From: Thermoplasmatota archaeon
GTDB taxonomy: Archaea; Thermoplasmatota; Poseidoniia; Poseidoniales; Thalassarchaeaceae
Length of the DNA stretch: 64,000 nt
Reading direction: 5' to 3'
Assembly (NCBI GenBank): GCA_030828405.1
Contig: JAURCP010000006.1
Span: 12,015 to 76,014, forward strand
Part shown: positions 18,496-28,723 of the stretch, in pieces
How positions within the stretch are numbered: position 1 is the stretch's first letter
Layout of the letters: each line of letters begins with the position of its first letter
Notes under the pieces: generated by a model
What the model saw: only the letters and a program-made list of their open reading frames with translations
What the model was told of the DNA's origin: nothing
Database searches by the model: none
Program-made: the position numbers and the translations under genes

Positions 18496-19839
18496 CTAGC
18501 CCCCCGAAAGTAGATCTGGGTGATTTTCGAGATAGTGAATAGTAATATTTCTTTTACGGAAATCACTTTCAGAAAGAATTGCTTGATGTAAGGGTATCAA
18601 AGTATCAACGCCTAATAATTTTATTTCACTTAAAGCAGCATTTAATTTCGAAATGGACTCCTCTCTTGTTGGCGCCCAAACAATCAATTTTGCAAGAAGA
18701 CTGTCAAACGATGCAGGCATATCATACCCTGTATGGGCATGAGTATCAATTCTTACACCTGGGCCTCCGGGCCAGTGGCACTCCCATAATTTACCAGGAG
18801 AGGGAGACAAAGTGACAGGATTCTCTGCATTCAAGCGTACTTGAATGGCATGCCCTCTAATTAGAATATCATCTTGAAGTAACTTTATTGGCTCACCAGA
18901 TGCAACTCTTATTCCCATCGATACTAAATCAGTCCCTGTTATCATTTCAGTTACTGTATGCTCTACTTGGACTCTAGGATTAACTTCTAAGAAATAGAAC
19001 TCACCTGTAGAGTCCCTTAGGAACTCAAAAGTTGCTAGACCACAATATCCCACTGCTTTAGCACCGGCAACAACCTTATCTCCAATTTCATTCCTTATTT
19101 CTTCGGATAACCAAGGTCCTTCTTCAAGTATTTTTTGATGTCTTCTTTGTATTGAACAAAACCTCTCACCGAAATGTATGGCATCTTTACCATCACCAAG
19201 TACTTGAAATTCAATATGCTGAGCTCCTTGAATAAACTTTTCTAGAAATACCCTATCATCTCCAAAAGCAGATAACGCTCGACCCTGACACAATTTCATT
19301 GCAGATTCAAATTCATCTGCTGACTCCACTACTTGCATTCCAATTCCTCCACCTCCTGCGGCTGCCTTGATAATTACTGGAAAACCAATATCTGTAGCAA
19401 TCTGGGATGCTTCTTCAGGATTAGAAATAGGACCGGGAGAACCTTTCGCTACAGGTAGACCTGCCTTAACCATGGCTTCTCTAGCAGTAATCTTGTCACC
19501 TAATAATTTTAGTACATCTGAACTTGGACCGATAAAAATAATCCCTTCTTCCGATAATCTTCTTGCGAAAGTTGGATTTTCTGCTAGGAAACCATATCCT
19601 GGATGTACTGCGTCCGCTCCAACATCCTTGGCAGCAGTAACTATTGCTTCGATATCTAAATATGATGCTAGAGGATCATCACGAGGAATGAAAACCGACT
19701 CATCTGCTAATCTTACAGGTGTAGAAATACGGTCTTCACGACCATAAATCATAACTGCTTCAATACCTAATGAATGTAATGAACGGATAATTCTCAGGGC
19801 TATTTCACCACGATTCGCAATGAGGACCCTCCTAAACAT
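18496..19839 (-). CDS. accC: Biotin carboxylase subunit
   Basis: ANRGEIA, HPGYGFLAEN, GGGGIGM, QRRHQK, EVNPRVQVEH. Confidence 0.93.
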   Translation of the reverse strand: MFRRVLIANRGEIALRIIRSLHSLGIEAVMIYGREDRISTPVRLADESVFIPRDDPLASYLDIEAIVTAAKDVGADAVHPGYGFLAENPTFARRLSEEGIIFIGPSSDVLKLLGDKITAREAMVKAGLPVAKGSPGPISNPEEASQIATDIGFPVIIKAAAGGGGIGMQVVESADEFESAMKLCQGRALSAFGDDRVFLEKFIQGAQHIEFQVLGDGKDAIHFGERFCSIQRRHQKILEEGPWLSEEIRNEIGDKVVAGAKAVGYCGLATFEFLRDSTGEFYFLEVNPRVQVEHTVTEMITGTDLVSMGIRVASGEPIKLLQDDILIRGHAIQVRLNAENPVTLSPSPGKLWECHWPGGPGVRIDTHAHTGYDMPASFDSLLAKLIVWAPTREESISKLNAALSEIKLLGVDTLIPLHQAILSESDFRKRNITIHYLENHPDLLSGG

Positions 19840-19901
19840 TATATTATGGCAAACAAAGACACACTATGATTGCATCGGAAAAAGAACATTAATTTTGCAG
19901 A

Positions 19902-21197
19902 TTAATACACATCTCTCAAATATCGTTTTTCTTTTTTCATCATCCCATCTTCAACAAATGATTTTGCATCTTCAGGGCTCATTTCGCCATGCTCGGAACA
20001 AATATCAATCAATGTTTGATGGACATCCTTTGCCATACGTGATTTATCCCCACAAACGTAGAAGTATCCTCCACCCTCAATCCAATTCCAGATTTCAGCA
20101 CCATTCTTTTTCATTAAATGTTGGACATAAACTTTCTCAGAACCGTCGCGAGACCACGCAAGGTCGTGCTTGTCTAGTATTCCACGCTCTTTCCAATCAT
20201 CCATTTCCTCTTTGTAGTAATTTTCTCCTGATTCAGTCCAATCACCAAAAAATAACCAATTTCTTCCACTATCTCCATTAATATCTCTTTGCTGTAAAAA
20301 GGCTCTAAATGGCGCTATCCCAGTCCCTGGCCCGACCATTATACAATCTGTATCTCCATTTTCAGGAAGAATAAATGACCTTGTAGGAGACATAAAAACT
20401 CCTATTGGAGTCTTACCAACCTCACATCTGTCTGATAAATAGCCAGTTGTTAGTCCAGCTCTATTCCTATCATGATAACTATACCTTACAATTCCAACAG
20501 TCAAATGTACAGTACCCGGTTCATAATCTGGACTGCTAGCTATTGAATATAGTCTTGGCTTGAGCCTGTCCATTCCATCTATAAATTCTTGAGCAGAAAA
20601 TGAAATATTACTAAAGTCTCTGAGAGTATCGATATAATCTCTAGTCCAAATATAGTCTTCCATTGCTTTAGGATCAGAAGTTAATTCATTCCAAAGTTCT
20701 TCTGAAGGATCGTTTGGAGACATTATCTGAGAATAACCCGAGGGGATATCATTGATTTCTCCAGAGCCTTTCCAACTAATTACTGAACTACCATCAGATG
20801 TTGAAACTCTGTCGCGACCAACAATTTTTATCTCAATTGAACCATTATCAGTTATCACTTTCGAGCCTAAATTCTCAATCCATTTTTTTGAAACTCGATG
20901 AACCTCATATCTGTTAGAGAGAGCTTCGCGTAAACTACAAACTCCGAGATTTGTTTCAACTTCTTCATCTCCTGTGAAACCTCCCAGAGCGAGAAGATCA
21001 GAAACAGTTTCAGGTGGGCAAATTGGGATTACTCCTAATGCATCACCTGCTTTATATCCAAGACCGGAATCCCCCAAGTCGAAAACAATATGTCGAGTTT
21101 CTTTGCCTGAACCCTCGCCGTTAAGAACGTAGTTTTCTGATAAATAAGACGTATATGGATTTTTGGCACTCCATTGAGAATTAGTTGTAGACATCAT
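19902..21197 (-). CDS. CysJ/cytochrome P450 reductase-like FAD/NADPH oxidoreductase lacking a flavodoxin domain
   Basis: RLYSIASS, GPGTGIAPFR, YVCGD, RYLRDVY; starts directly at the FAD domain. Confidence 0.88.
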   Translation of the reverse strand: MMSTTNSQWSAKNPYTSYLSENYVLNGEGSGKETRHIVFDLGDSGLGYKAGDALGVIPICPPETVSDLLALGGFTGDEEVETNLGVCSLREALSNRYEVHRVSKKWIENLGSKVITDNGSIEIKIVGRDRVSTSDGSSVISWKGSGEINDIPSGYSQIMSPNDPSEELWNELTSDPKAMEDYIWTRDYIDTLRDFSNISFSAQEFIDGMDRLKPRLYSIASSPDYEPGTVHLTVGIVRYSYHDRNRAGLTTGYLSDRCEVGKTPIGVFMSPTRSFILPENGDTDCIMVGPGTGIAPFRAFLQQRDINGDSGRNWLFFGDWTESGENYYKEEMDDWKERGILDKHDLAWSRDGSEKVYVQHLMKKNGAEIWNWIEGGGYFYVCGDKSRMAKDVHQTLIDICSEHGEMSPEDAKSFVEDGMMKKEKRYLRDVY

Positions 21198-21320
21198 GAA
21201 ACCCCGAATTGGTTATACTGTCCGAGTTGAAACATGTTTATGAATAGATGCTGAAGAAGAGTTGAAGTTCAATCATCTTCGAAGCGATTAAGTCAAGTCT
21301 TAGATACATAGTCGAGAGCC

Positions 21321-22112
21321 ATGATTCGCATCGACTTCTTGGGTACTGGCAATGCTTTCACACCTTCTGGGAGACTACATGCATTAACTCTAATAGATGG
21401 GAAAATTTTGATTGATACGCCTCCAACACTAATTACTCAACTTCGAAGAAAAGGCTTGAAAACATCTGAAATAGAATATTTATTATTTACTCATTGGCAT
21501 GCAGACCATACATTTGGATTTCCATTCTTTATGTTGGAAAGAAAATATATCTCCGACCCAAAACGAGAAAAGGACCTGAAAATTTATCTAAGACCAGGAG
21601 GTAAAGAAAAGATTTCAAATTTATGCAATATAGGTTTTCCAGGAAGCTTAGACGATGTTGAAAAAATGGCACATTGGCATGAGGAGGAAGTGTGTGAATT
21701 AGCCGGTACTAATTGGAGTTTTGAAAGATTTCCTGTTTGTCATACGCCAGAAACCGACCCTCATGGCTACGAACTGACCCATAATACTGGAATCAAAGTA
21801 CTGCATTGTGGAGATTCTGGCCCTTGTGAAGAGATTGAAATTAGAGCAGAATCAGCAGATGTTGTGATACTCGAAATGGGAATGCCGGATATAGGGACAT
21901 TTCCTTATCATTATACACCGAGTGATGTAATTGATTTCTCAAATAAATTTCCTAAAAGCTTGGTTTTAGTTACACATAACTTTGCTAGTTCAAAGAATAT
22001 TTCAGAAGGGTTTAGAGTTCCGGAATTACCAAAAGAAGTTTATCAGTTGGAAGATGGGGATGCAATCGAAATTAATCAGAATGGTGAAATTAAAATAATT
22101 AATAATTGTTGA
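21321..22112 (+). CDS. Metallo-beta-lactamase fold hydrolase (RNase Z-like)
   Basis: FLGTG, THWHADH, GDSG, VTH. Confidence 0.85.
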   Translation: MIRIDFLGTGNAFTPSGRLHALTLIDGKILIDTPPTLITQLRRKGLKTSEIEYLLFTHWHADHTFGFPFFMLERKYISDPKREKDLKIYLRPGGKEKISNLCNIGFPGSLDDVEKMAHWHEEEVCELAGTNWSFERFPVCHTPETDPHGYELTHNTGIKVLHCGDSGPCEEIEIRAESADVVILEMGMPDIGTFPYHYTPSDVIDFSNKFPKSLVLVTHNFASSKNISEGFRVPELPKEVYQLEDGDAIEINQNGEIKIINNC

Positions 22113-22317
22113 TTAAATGTTAATTTCTAAACAAATTGAAAACCAAGAGTTGATTCATTTAATAATGACTTTGAAGATGAAATCTAACCCTCACCTCACT
22201 TTAGTTTGGAATCACTTATTACCTCTAAGCGTCTCGTCAAGAATCCCCATTGTCGAGCGACCTCTCAAAGTGTGTCAGTAGTGCATTGGAGAATGTGCAT
22301 GACAATGGTGAGTAGAA

Positions 22318-23556
22318 ATGGACGGGAATATTTTTGAAAAAATACTCGGACAAGATTCATTATTTATAGATCGAAAAGCGTTTGAACATGCCTTTGAACC
22401 AAGCAATCTCCCTCACAGGGAACAAGAAGTCGATGCTCTAGTACGGAATTTAGTTGATGCCTTAAATGGCCATATACCATCGAATATGCTACTTTATGGA
22501 GTACCAGGTTCTGGAAAAACCGTAGTTACAAGATTCGTACTCGGTCAATTACTTGAGAAAGGAAAAGAGATGGGACATCCAGTTCAAACATATGAGATAA
22601 ATTGTAGAAATGTTGATACAAAATATAGAGTAGTGCAAACACTAGCTAGCCAACTAAAACAGAAAGGAGACTATCCTATTCCATTTACTGGTTGGCCAAC
22701 TGATAGAGTTCTTGAAACCTTAATTGAAAGGATGGATAGAGCAGGAGGAGTACATATTTTAGTTTTGGATGAGATTGATAACTTGGTAGCAAAAGCCGGT
22801 TCAGATCTACTATACAGTTTAACAAACATGAATACATTATTGAAACATGCTAGGTGCTGTATTATTGGGATCAGTAATGACCTCAACTTCACCCAAGAAC
22901 TTGACCCTAGGGTGAGTTCGAGATTGAGTCAAGAAGATGTTGTTTTCCACCCTTATGGTGCTGAAGAAATACAAGATATCCTACAAGAAAGAGTAAAGAT
23001 GGGATTGAAAAATAACTCACTGGAAGTAGGAGTGATCCCTCTATGTTCTGCTTTAGCCGCACAAGAACATGGTGATGCGAGAAGAGCCTTAGACTTGTTG
23101 AGAATATCAGTACAGAAAGCGGAACAAAGATCTCAAGGTAAAGTTGACCCAAAGCATGTACGTCTAGCTCAGTCACAACTTGAACACGACCAAGTCACTC
23201 CAGTCTTACGAACCCTACCTTTACATCAGAAATTAGTATTATTCTGCATAATAATTAATGAAGAAAATGGCTTAAGAAATATTTCAACAGGAGAGATTGT
23301 CAGAACCTATTCAGAAGCCTGTATGAAAATTAATATTGAAGGACTGACTCCTAGAAGAATTTCTACATTGTTAAACGAATTAGACACACTGGGATTAATT
23401 ATGGCTAGAAATGTAAGTAAGGGAAGAGGCGGGAGGAGTAAACAAGTAAATTCCGCAATACCAAAAGGCATTGATTCAATTAAGACCTTGAGTAAAAATG
23501 AGCCTCTTATCGAAGAAGCATCTCAAGGAAAGTATATGTTACAAGGAAGATTGTAA
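22318..23556 (+). CDS. cdc6: Orc1/Cdc6 replication initiator
   Basis: LPHRE, GVPGSGKT, VLDEID, GDARRALDLL, C-terminal wHTH with GRGGR. Confidence 0.95.
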   Translation: MDGNIFEKILGQDSLFIDRKAFEHAFEPSNLPHREQEVDALVRNLVDALNGHIPSNMLLYGVPGSGKTVVTRFVLGQLLEKGKEMGHPVQTYEINCRNVDTKYRVVQTLASQLKQKGDYPIPFTGWPTDRVLETLIERMDRAGGVHILVLDEIDNLVAKAGSDLLYSLTNMNTLLKHARCCIIGISNDLNFTQELDPRVSSRLSQEDVVFHPYGAEEIQDILQERVKMGLKNNSLEVGVIPLCSALAAQEHGDARRALDLLRISVQKAEQRSQGKVDPKHVRLAQSQLEHDQVTPVLRTLPLHQKLVLFCIIINEENGLRNISTGEIVRTYSEACMKINIEGLTPRRISTLLNELDTLGLIMARNVSKGRGGRSKQVNSAIPKGIDSIKTLSKNEPLIEEASQGKYMLQGRL

Positions 23557-23569
23557 GTTCAGTGGATAA

Positions 23570-24118
23570 ATGAAAGCGTTAAACCAAAAGGGTAAGTCGC
23601 CAGTTCTGATAAACATGGTACAGACAGACTGGAAAGAGGCACTAACAAAGCCAAGTAATATGATTTCAACTGCTGCATTAATGCTAGGTGCGTGGATTAT
23701 TTTATTATCTCTAGTCAATATTTTTGGAGGTGGTGCAGGTCAAGCAGGAAATAAGGTTGCATGGATTGGATTTATTGGAATTGGAGGAGAGGCTTTTGTC
23801 CCTTATGACGATGGATTTATCGTAGATGATGCGATTTTTGCGATTATAGGCATCATAATGATTGCTACTGGAATGAGGAATCAGGATGTCTTTAATTGGA
23901 TTTCAAATATACAAAATAGTGATTTTGCGAACAACCTAATCAAAGGAAATAATGGGAAAGAGATTGTTTCAAGTTGGCTCACAGTAATTGGAATTGCATT
24001 CTACTTAGTTTGGAGTATCCAGAATGACACATGGGTAGACCCCGGTGTTTACTCAGTAATGATTGCAATGGTAGCATTTGGTATTGCATTAAATATAAAT
24101 TCAAAAGTAGAGAATTAA
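23570..24118 (+). CDS. Hypothetical membrane protein (about 4 TM)
   Basis: Hydrophobic segments; WVDPGVY motif. Confidence 0.7.
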   Translation: MKALNQKGKSPVLINMVQTDWKEALTKPSNMISTAALMLGAWIILLSLVNIFGGGAGQAGNKVAWIGFIGIGGEAFVPYDDGFIVDDAIFAIIGIIMIATGMRNQDVFNWISNIQNSDFANNLIKGNNGKEIVSSWLTVIGIAFYLVWSIQNDTWVDPGVYSVMIAMVAFGIALNINSKVEN

Positions 24119-25137
24119 TTATTTCTCTTATCACAAAGTGATAACATTTTTTGACATCTGATTTTTGAATCTAATTCTGTAATTCTTAATACAACTCCCT
24201 TATCTGGTTGACCGTATATTATTGCTGATTTTATCGGTGCTAAAATATGTAAAAATAATGGTGTTAAATCTTCTTCACCATCAACAAGAATAAGCGTGGT
24301 CTGTTTTCTCTCTAGCCAATTATTCATTGCTTCTTTACAAGAATCAAACAAAGACTTTGTTAACACGCCAGGTGGATTGCTACATTGGATAATATTATCA
24401 TATAGAGATTGATTGATTTCTCTATAGCCATCCCATTCGGCCCTCTTAGTTTTCTCATCAATTATGCCGATAGATGTTTTAGAACCAATATTTTGTAATG
24501 CTCTGACTGTGACATCCCCCACGCCAATAATAGGCGAATGAAAATCTTCAAGGAAATTTATTAAATTAGTAATGGCAATTGAGTGGTCATCTTCTGGACC
24601 TTCAAATAATTTACCAAAAGGAACTTTTAACATTGATTCTACCTCCTTTGTCAGATAAAAATTCAAGTTCATATCTTTATGGCTTATCCAAACCTCACCA
24701 TCACTATTTATTTCGCCATTTCTAATTCGTGAGCTAGAGATAATTAATCCATCTTCAGATAATTCATGCGGAACTGAAAATATTGATAACGGTTTTAAAC
24801 CTCTTAATAACCGCTTTTGATTAATAATTTGACAGGTCGAAAGTGTTTCACTAGTACAGAATATCTTAGTTGCATTTTTATGAGATAAAGCAATACCATA
24901 ATCGTCCAATAGTTCATGAAAAGTTACTCTAGAAGATTGTTCTAAAGATAGATTTTGTTTAATTAAATCGCGCCTTTCTTTCCATGAAGAAATCCTAGGA
25001 TCTTTTTTTTGAGTAATTATATCGGATGAAATCCAGATTTCAAGAACATCGCAATTTTTAAGACAAGAATTTATCAATTTCTGGTGACCAATATGGAAAA
25101 AATCGAAGGTCCCGCCGACAAGTCCGATACTACTCAT
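24115..25137 (-). CDS. coaD: Fused phosphopantetheine adenylyltransferase + GTP-dependent dephospho-CoA kinase (DUF359)
   Basis: GGTFDFFHIGH and ISSSRIR, then VGDVT, VDGEEDL, YGQP; start moved to MSSIG. Confidence 0.88.
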   Translation of the reverse strand: MSSIGLVGGTFDFFHIGHQKLINSCLKNCDVLEIWISSDIITQKKDPRISSWKERRDLIKQNLSLEQSSRVTFHELLDDYGIALSHKNATKIFCTSETLSTCQIINQKRLLRGLKPLSIFSVPHELSEDGLIISSSRIRNGEINSDGEVWISHKDMNLNFYLTKEVESMLKVPFGKLFEGPEDDHSIAITNLINFLEDFHSPIIGVGDVTVRALQNIGSKTSIGIIDEKTKRAEWDGYREINQSLYDNIIQCSNPPGVLTKSLFDSCKEAMNNWLERKQTTLILVDGEEDLTPLFLHILAPIKSAIIYGQPDKGVVLRITELDSKIRCQKMLSLCDKRNN

Positions 25138-25181
25138 TGAATAGCCTGAGGAGCACATATGACTTGAGAACTGCGGAAAAA

Positions 25182-25490
25182 AGGTGTGCCCCAGGGTGTA
25201 ACGGAACCTTTCACAGTACTTTCGCACTCTGGTTCCTGACCCCACCCTAGGACGTATGTTGGATTATGGGGTAGTCCCTAGAATCATCCCTTTCGGTCAA
25301 CAGGGGACCTTACATAATCCATACCGCCTGTATTGCGCCAGAGGTCATCCTAAGAGGAATAATCTCTTCAATTATTCACAATTCGTCACTCTGGTCTTCG
25401 ACAGACGGAGACCCATATCTGTGGTACCGAGTTTCATCCTATCACCTCCGGCTGGGGGTTTTGTCAACTCGGTGTTGCCAGTTGGGCAGA
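25182..25490 (-). ncRNA. Multi-hairpin box H/ACA guide RNA (candidate Psi1915 guide for 23S rRNA)
   Basis: Four stems each followed by ACA; the two 3' hairpins have pocket, upper stem, K-turn-like GA/UGA motif and 14-15 nt ACA spacing; T-run follows; 5' end approximate. Confidence 0.7.
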
Positions 25491-25561
25491 GATTCTAAAA
25501 CATATTCATTCAATAACTCATCGATTCAGAAAAAACGGATTTAATGAGGAGAAAAATAATA

Positions 25562-28192
25562 TCATAAATTAATTGAATTGATATTTTCGTGAAAACCGGT
25601 CTTCCTTGAAAGTAGTCTTTCACCTATCATTGGGTCACCCTGAAATATAATTTTGGAAGAAAAATTTGGCCATTTCTCTATAGGTTGGGCTAACCAACCT
25701 GAAAGTGAATGAGTTCTTCCAGGTAAGGGTGGAGAACTATTTATTGAAGATTCTATTGCATCTAATAAGTCTAATAGCGGATCCGCAGAACTTGGTAAAG
25801 TATCTCTAACTCTGCGACCTCTAAGTCGACGAACAAGCAGAGGATAAATTTCTGGATTAAATCCAGGATGTGATAAGTTTTCTAATCCAGGGGTATTGGA
25901 CGATTCTCCAATTGGCCTTAGAACTAGAGCAGGCCATGGGAATGAGGAAGAAAATAACCAATCATTTAATTCATCATTACTGAGCATTTTCAATAAAATC
26001 TCGGATGAGATGGGGGCCCACCAATCATAAGGTAATCTTTCTATAATATAATTTAATTCTTCTTTCGGTAGTTCTCTACCATCAATCGAATAATTAACCA
26101 ATGATTCCCAAATCTTCAAATCATGATCTTTTGATAGAGTCTGTGCTTTGAATAAAATTTTTTCAAGTGTCCGAGAGAAATCTGCATTTGAGTTACGTCC
26201 AGAACTAAATAACCAAAAAACGCCTTGAAGAGCAGGTAGAGATTTCTTTGGAGGTGAAGAAATCCACGCCTCCAGTGACCATTTAATTAAATCATTATGA
26301 AGATTATCAGGAATCCATGCGGCATTCGACAAAAACTGTGCAGCAACCCAAGAAGTACCAGATGAAGCTTCTATGAAATCTACAGCTGGACGTGTTCTAA
26401 TTGCAGTTTGGCTGTCTTCTCTGATTTTCTGTCCTAACTTTTTTGCAAAATAATCGAGAATCTCTTCGTTTGCCTGATCGGCGAGTTCTGCAAGTCTATT
26501 CAGAGGAATATGATCAATGTCAAATAAAACCAACCACTCAATTGACAATCTATCTTTCAGCCGCTGCCATCTTGGCCATCTAGTAGCCTTAGGAGAAGCT
26601 ATCCATGCTGCCAACGGGTATCTTGCTTCCATCTGATTTGCCCATTCCTCGTTACCATTTGGGAATTGAGAAATCGCAGAATTGACCATTGAAAGGTACC
26701 CTGGGTCTAATTCTTCTGATTCAAAATTATGAGATTTATTTACACCAATTAACGTCCAAGGATTAATTTCTAAGGAGGAAGGAATATCATCATTTACAAC
26801 AATTCTAGGTAAACTATCAATCAATTTAAGAGAGATAATTTCATCATTAGAAGTTTTCAGCCTTAGCCAAGGAAGTGGCCTTAGAACATCATTATATAGA
26901 AGATTTGAAGATTTTGTTGTAGGACATATTTTTTCCTTAATCAAAATTCTTAATTTAGGATGAATAATTATAGATGATTTGATTGATTGTGAAATGTTTT
27001 CGTTAATTTCTAAAATAAGTGATGGGCGATTTTCATCAGAAATTACCCAACTCATCAATGATTCAACAGCAGAATCACCTAAATTTCTCGTATCTAAATT
27101 TCTTATATTCGACTCATCAGTTGTGAAAGTTTTTGCCCCCCAATCTCTTCTAAATTTTCTCCAAGTAGAATCATCAGTTCTAACCTTCCTAGTAGACATT
27201 ATTCTATCCTTCAAAGATTGTACTCTTCTTTTCAATTCGTTATCAGGAAGTCTAGGATGTGCCTTATGAATCCATATATCTAGAGACGATAGAGGGTAAG
27301 AATCACTACTTATATCTAAACCCGCTAAATTTGCTATCACCAAAGAATTTATTCGAGTAGTTCGAATTAGCATAGTTCTGGAAAGACTATCAGGAAGTAT
27401 AGCCACTATTGGGACTTTAGGCCTTATTTCTTGACTTAGTTTATGACATTCCCCTAGAATCCAATCTCCTCGATGGAAAGTATTCTCGTTAAGAGGTGGG
27501 CTTTGTCTTGACTTAGGCAAATCATACCAAGTTCCAAAAGTCATTGCTAATTGACTCATCTCATTAATCAAATTGGCTCTAATAATCCCTATAACAGAAG
27601 ATTGACTAGAATATGTGTCAATTATACCAGGATCAATAGAAAAAGGAGGTGCGTGAGTGACTTTCATACTTTGTAAATCAAACCACCTAGGGTCTTTTTC
27701 TTTGAAAACAGCCCAATTCCAACGAACCCCTTCATTTCCTATGGAATCATCGATATTATCTTCTGAATCAGGGGGCCTGTCAGGAATGAGAATCATTGGA
27801 GACTTAGGTATTGAAGATAATCCCATTAGAATATTACTACCATCTTTATCTAATACACAAAATTTACCTGGTAAAGAAGGGAGTGGGAGAGCTTCTAAAG
27901 CTCTAGATCTCTCATCCGATCTAATTCTATTCCAACCTAATTCAGTTAGATGTAAGTATGCTCCTCGACTCCCCGCAACAAGATCACTAGAGACCAGCCC
28001 ACCATTTCTTAGCTTTCTTAACTCCGCAGAAGCATGAGGAATCTGGAGCCCTATATCTCTGGCTAGCGTTGTAACAGTCGCACCACCTTCAGATAGTCTA
28101 TTGAGCAATCTACGACGATATCTACTGCGGATTTTTGTAGGTGTAGAAATAAAACTGGGAATTGCCTCCAATTTTGAACCTTCTGACACCAT
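25562..28192 (-). CDS. Large protein with N-terminal ArsR/MarR-type wHTH
   Basis: TVTTLARDIGLQIPHASAELRKLRNGGLV...LTELG; remaining Trp-rich region unrecognised. Confidence 0.75.
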   Translation of the reverse strand: MVSEGSKLEAIPSFISTPTKIRSRYRRRLLNRLSEGGATVTTLARDIGLQIPHASAELRKLRNGGLVSSDLVAGSRGAYLHLTELGWNRIRSDERSRALEALPLPSLPGKFCVLDKDGSNILMGLSSIPKSPMILIPDRPPDSEDNIDDSIGNEGVRWNWAVFKEKDPRWFDLQSMKVTHAPPFSIDPGIIDTYSSQSSVIGIIRANLINEMSQLAMTFGTWYDLPKSRQSPPLNENTFHRGDWILGECHKLSQEIRPKVPIVAILPDSLSRTMLIRTTRINSLVIANLAGLDISSDSYPLSSLDIWIHKAHPRLPDNELKRRVQSLKDRIMSTRKVRTDDSTWRKFRRDWGAKTFTTDESNIRNLDTRNLGDSAVESLMSWVISDENRPSLILEINENISQSIKSSIIIHPKLRILIKEKICPTTKSSNLLYNDVLRPLPWLRLKTSNDEIISLKLIDSLPRIVVNDDIPSSLEINPWTLIGVNKSHNFESEELDPGYLSMVNSAISQFPNGNEEWANQMEARYPLAAWIASPKATRWPRWQRLKDRLSIEWLVLFDIDHIPLNRLAELADQANEEILDYFAKKLGQKIREDSQTAIRTRPAVDFIEASSGTSWVAAQFLSNAAWIPDNLHNDLIKWSLEAWISSPPKKSLPALQGVFWLFSSGRNSNADFSRTLEKILFKAQTLSKDHDLKIWESLVNYSIDGRELPKEELNYIIERLPYDWWAPISSEILLKMLSNDELNDWLFSSSFPWPALVLRPIGESSNTPGLENLSHPGFNPEIYPLLVRRLRGRRVRDTLPSSADPLLDLLDAIESSINSSPPLPGRTHSLSGWLAQPIEKWPNFSSKIIFQGDPMIGERLLSRKTGFHENINSINL

Positions 28193-28436
28193 TGACCGCC
28201 TCCGTAATCAACCACTTACAAAGTATGTATTAAATTATCTATTATAGTTACATTTTGTTACATATTTCTACTGGAAAAATAACTAGTTCCATTTTAACAC
28301 TGAATAATAACTTAGAAAAAGTCATGATTAGTACAACAATATGTAACTAAATTGAACAATAAGTTGCAGAAGCGTTATATTGCCCCCCGCCGCCCTACCT
28401 ATATCGAACCGGCAGTCGAAGCCGATAGATTGAGAG

Positions 28437-28721
28437 ATGAGATTGATGAATGCGGAAAAAATTCGTGATTTAGTTAAAAAGCACCTTTCAGAGAAACCTA
28501 GGAATACGGTTGAAATTAAAGATTGGCTATCTAATAGTATCCTACTAGAAGACAATTATGATATTGCGGCTATCTTAGAATCAGATCCAACGATAATTAG
28601 AATTGGGAGGATTATGAAAAGCGGAGTTATTGGGAAAGAGTACCCTTTATCGGAATGGGCTACCGATGAATGGGTATTACATCATGAAAGAAAACAGTCT
28701 AGAAGTAACGGAGATAAGTAA
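28437..28721 (+). CDS. Small wHTH-like protein (paralog of downstream gene)
   Basis: NTVEI...GVIGKEYPLSEW parallels NTTEI...GALSGRYEICVW. Confidence 0.65.
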   Translation: MRLMNAEKIRDLVKKHLSEKPRNTVEIKDWLSNSILLEDNYDIAAILESDPTIIRIGRIMKSGVIGKEYPLSEWATDEWVLHHERKQSRSNGDK

Positions 28722-28723
28722 AT

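Noticed and set aside
22113-22317. Replication origin (ORB elements) upstream of cdc6
   Set aside because: Only one weak TTCCA...G-rich match near 22188-22212 on the minus strand; no clear repeated ORBs, so it is not supported by eye.
25182-25490. SRP (7S) RNA or RNase P RNA, given the ~300-nt length
   Set aside because: No SRP helix-8 CAGG...GGAA...AGCAG motif and no RNase P GAGGAAAGUCC motif on either strand; the H/ACA architecture fits better.
25256-25498. 80-aa ORF and the 36-aa N-terminal extension of coaD
   Set aside because: Both overlap the structured RNA and are likely spurious.
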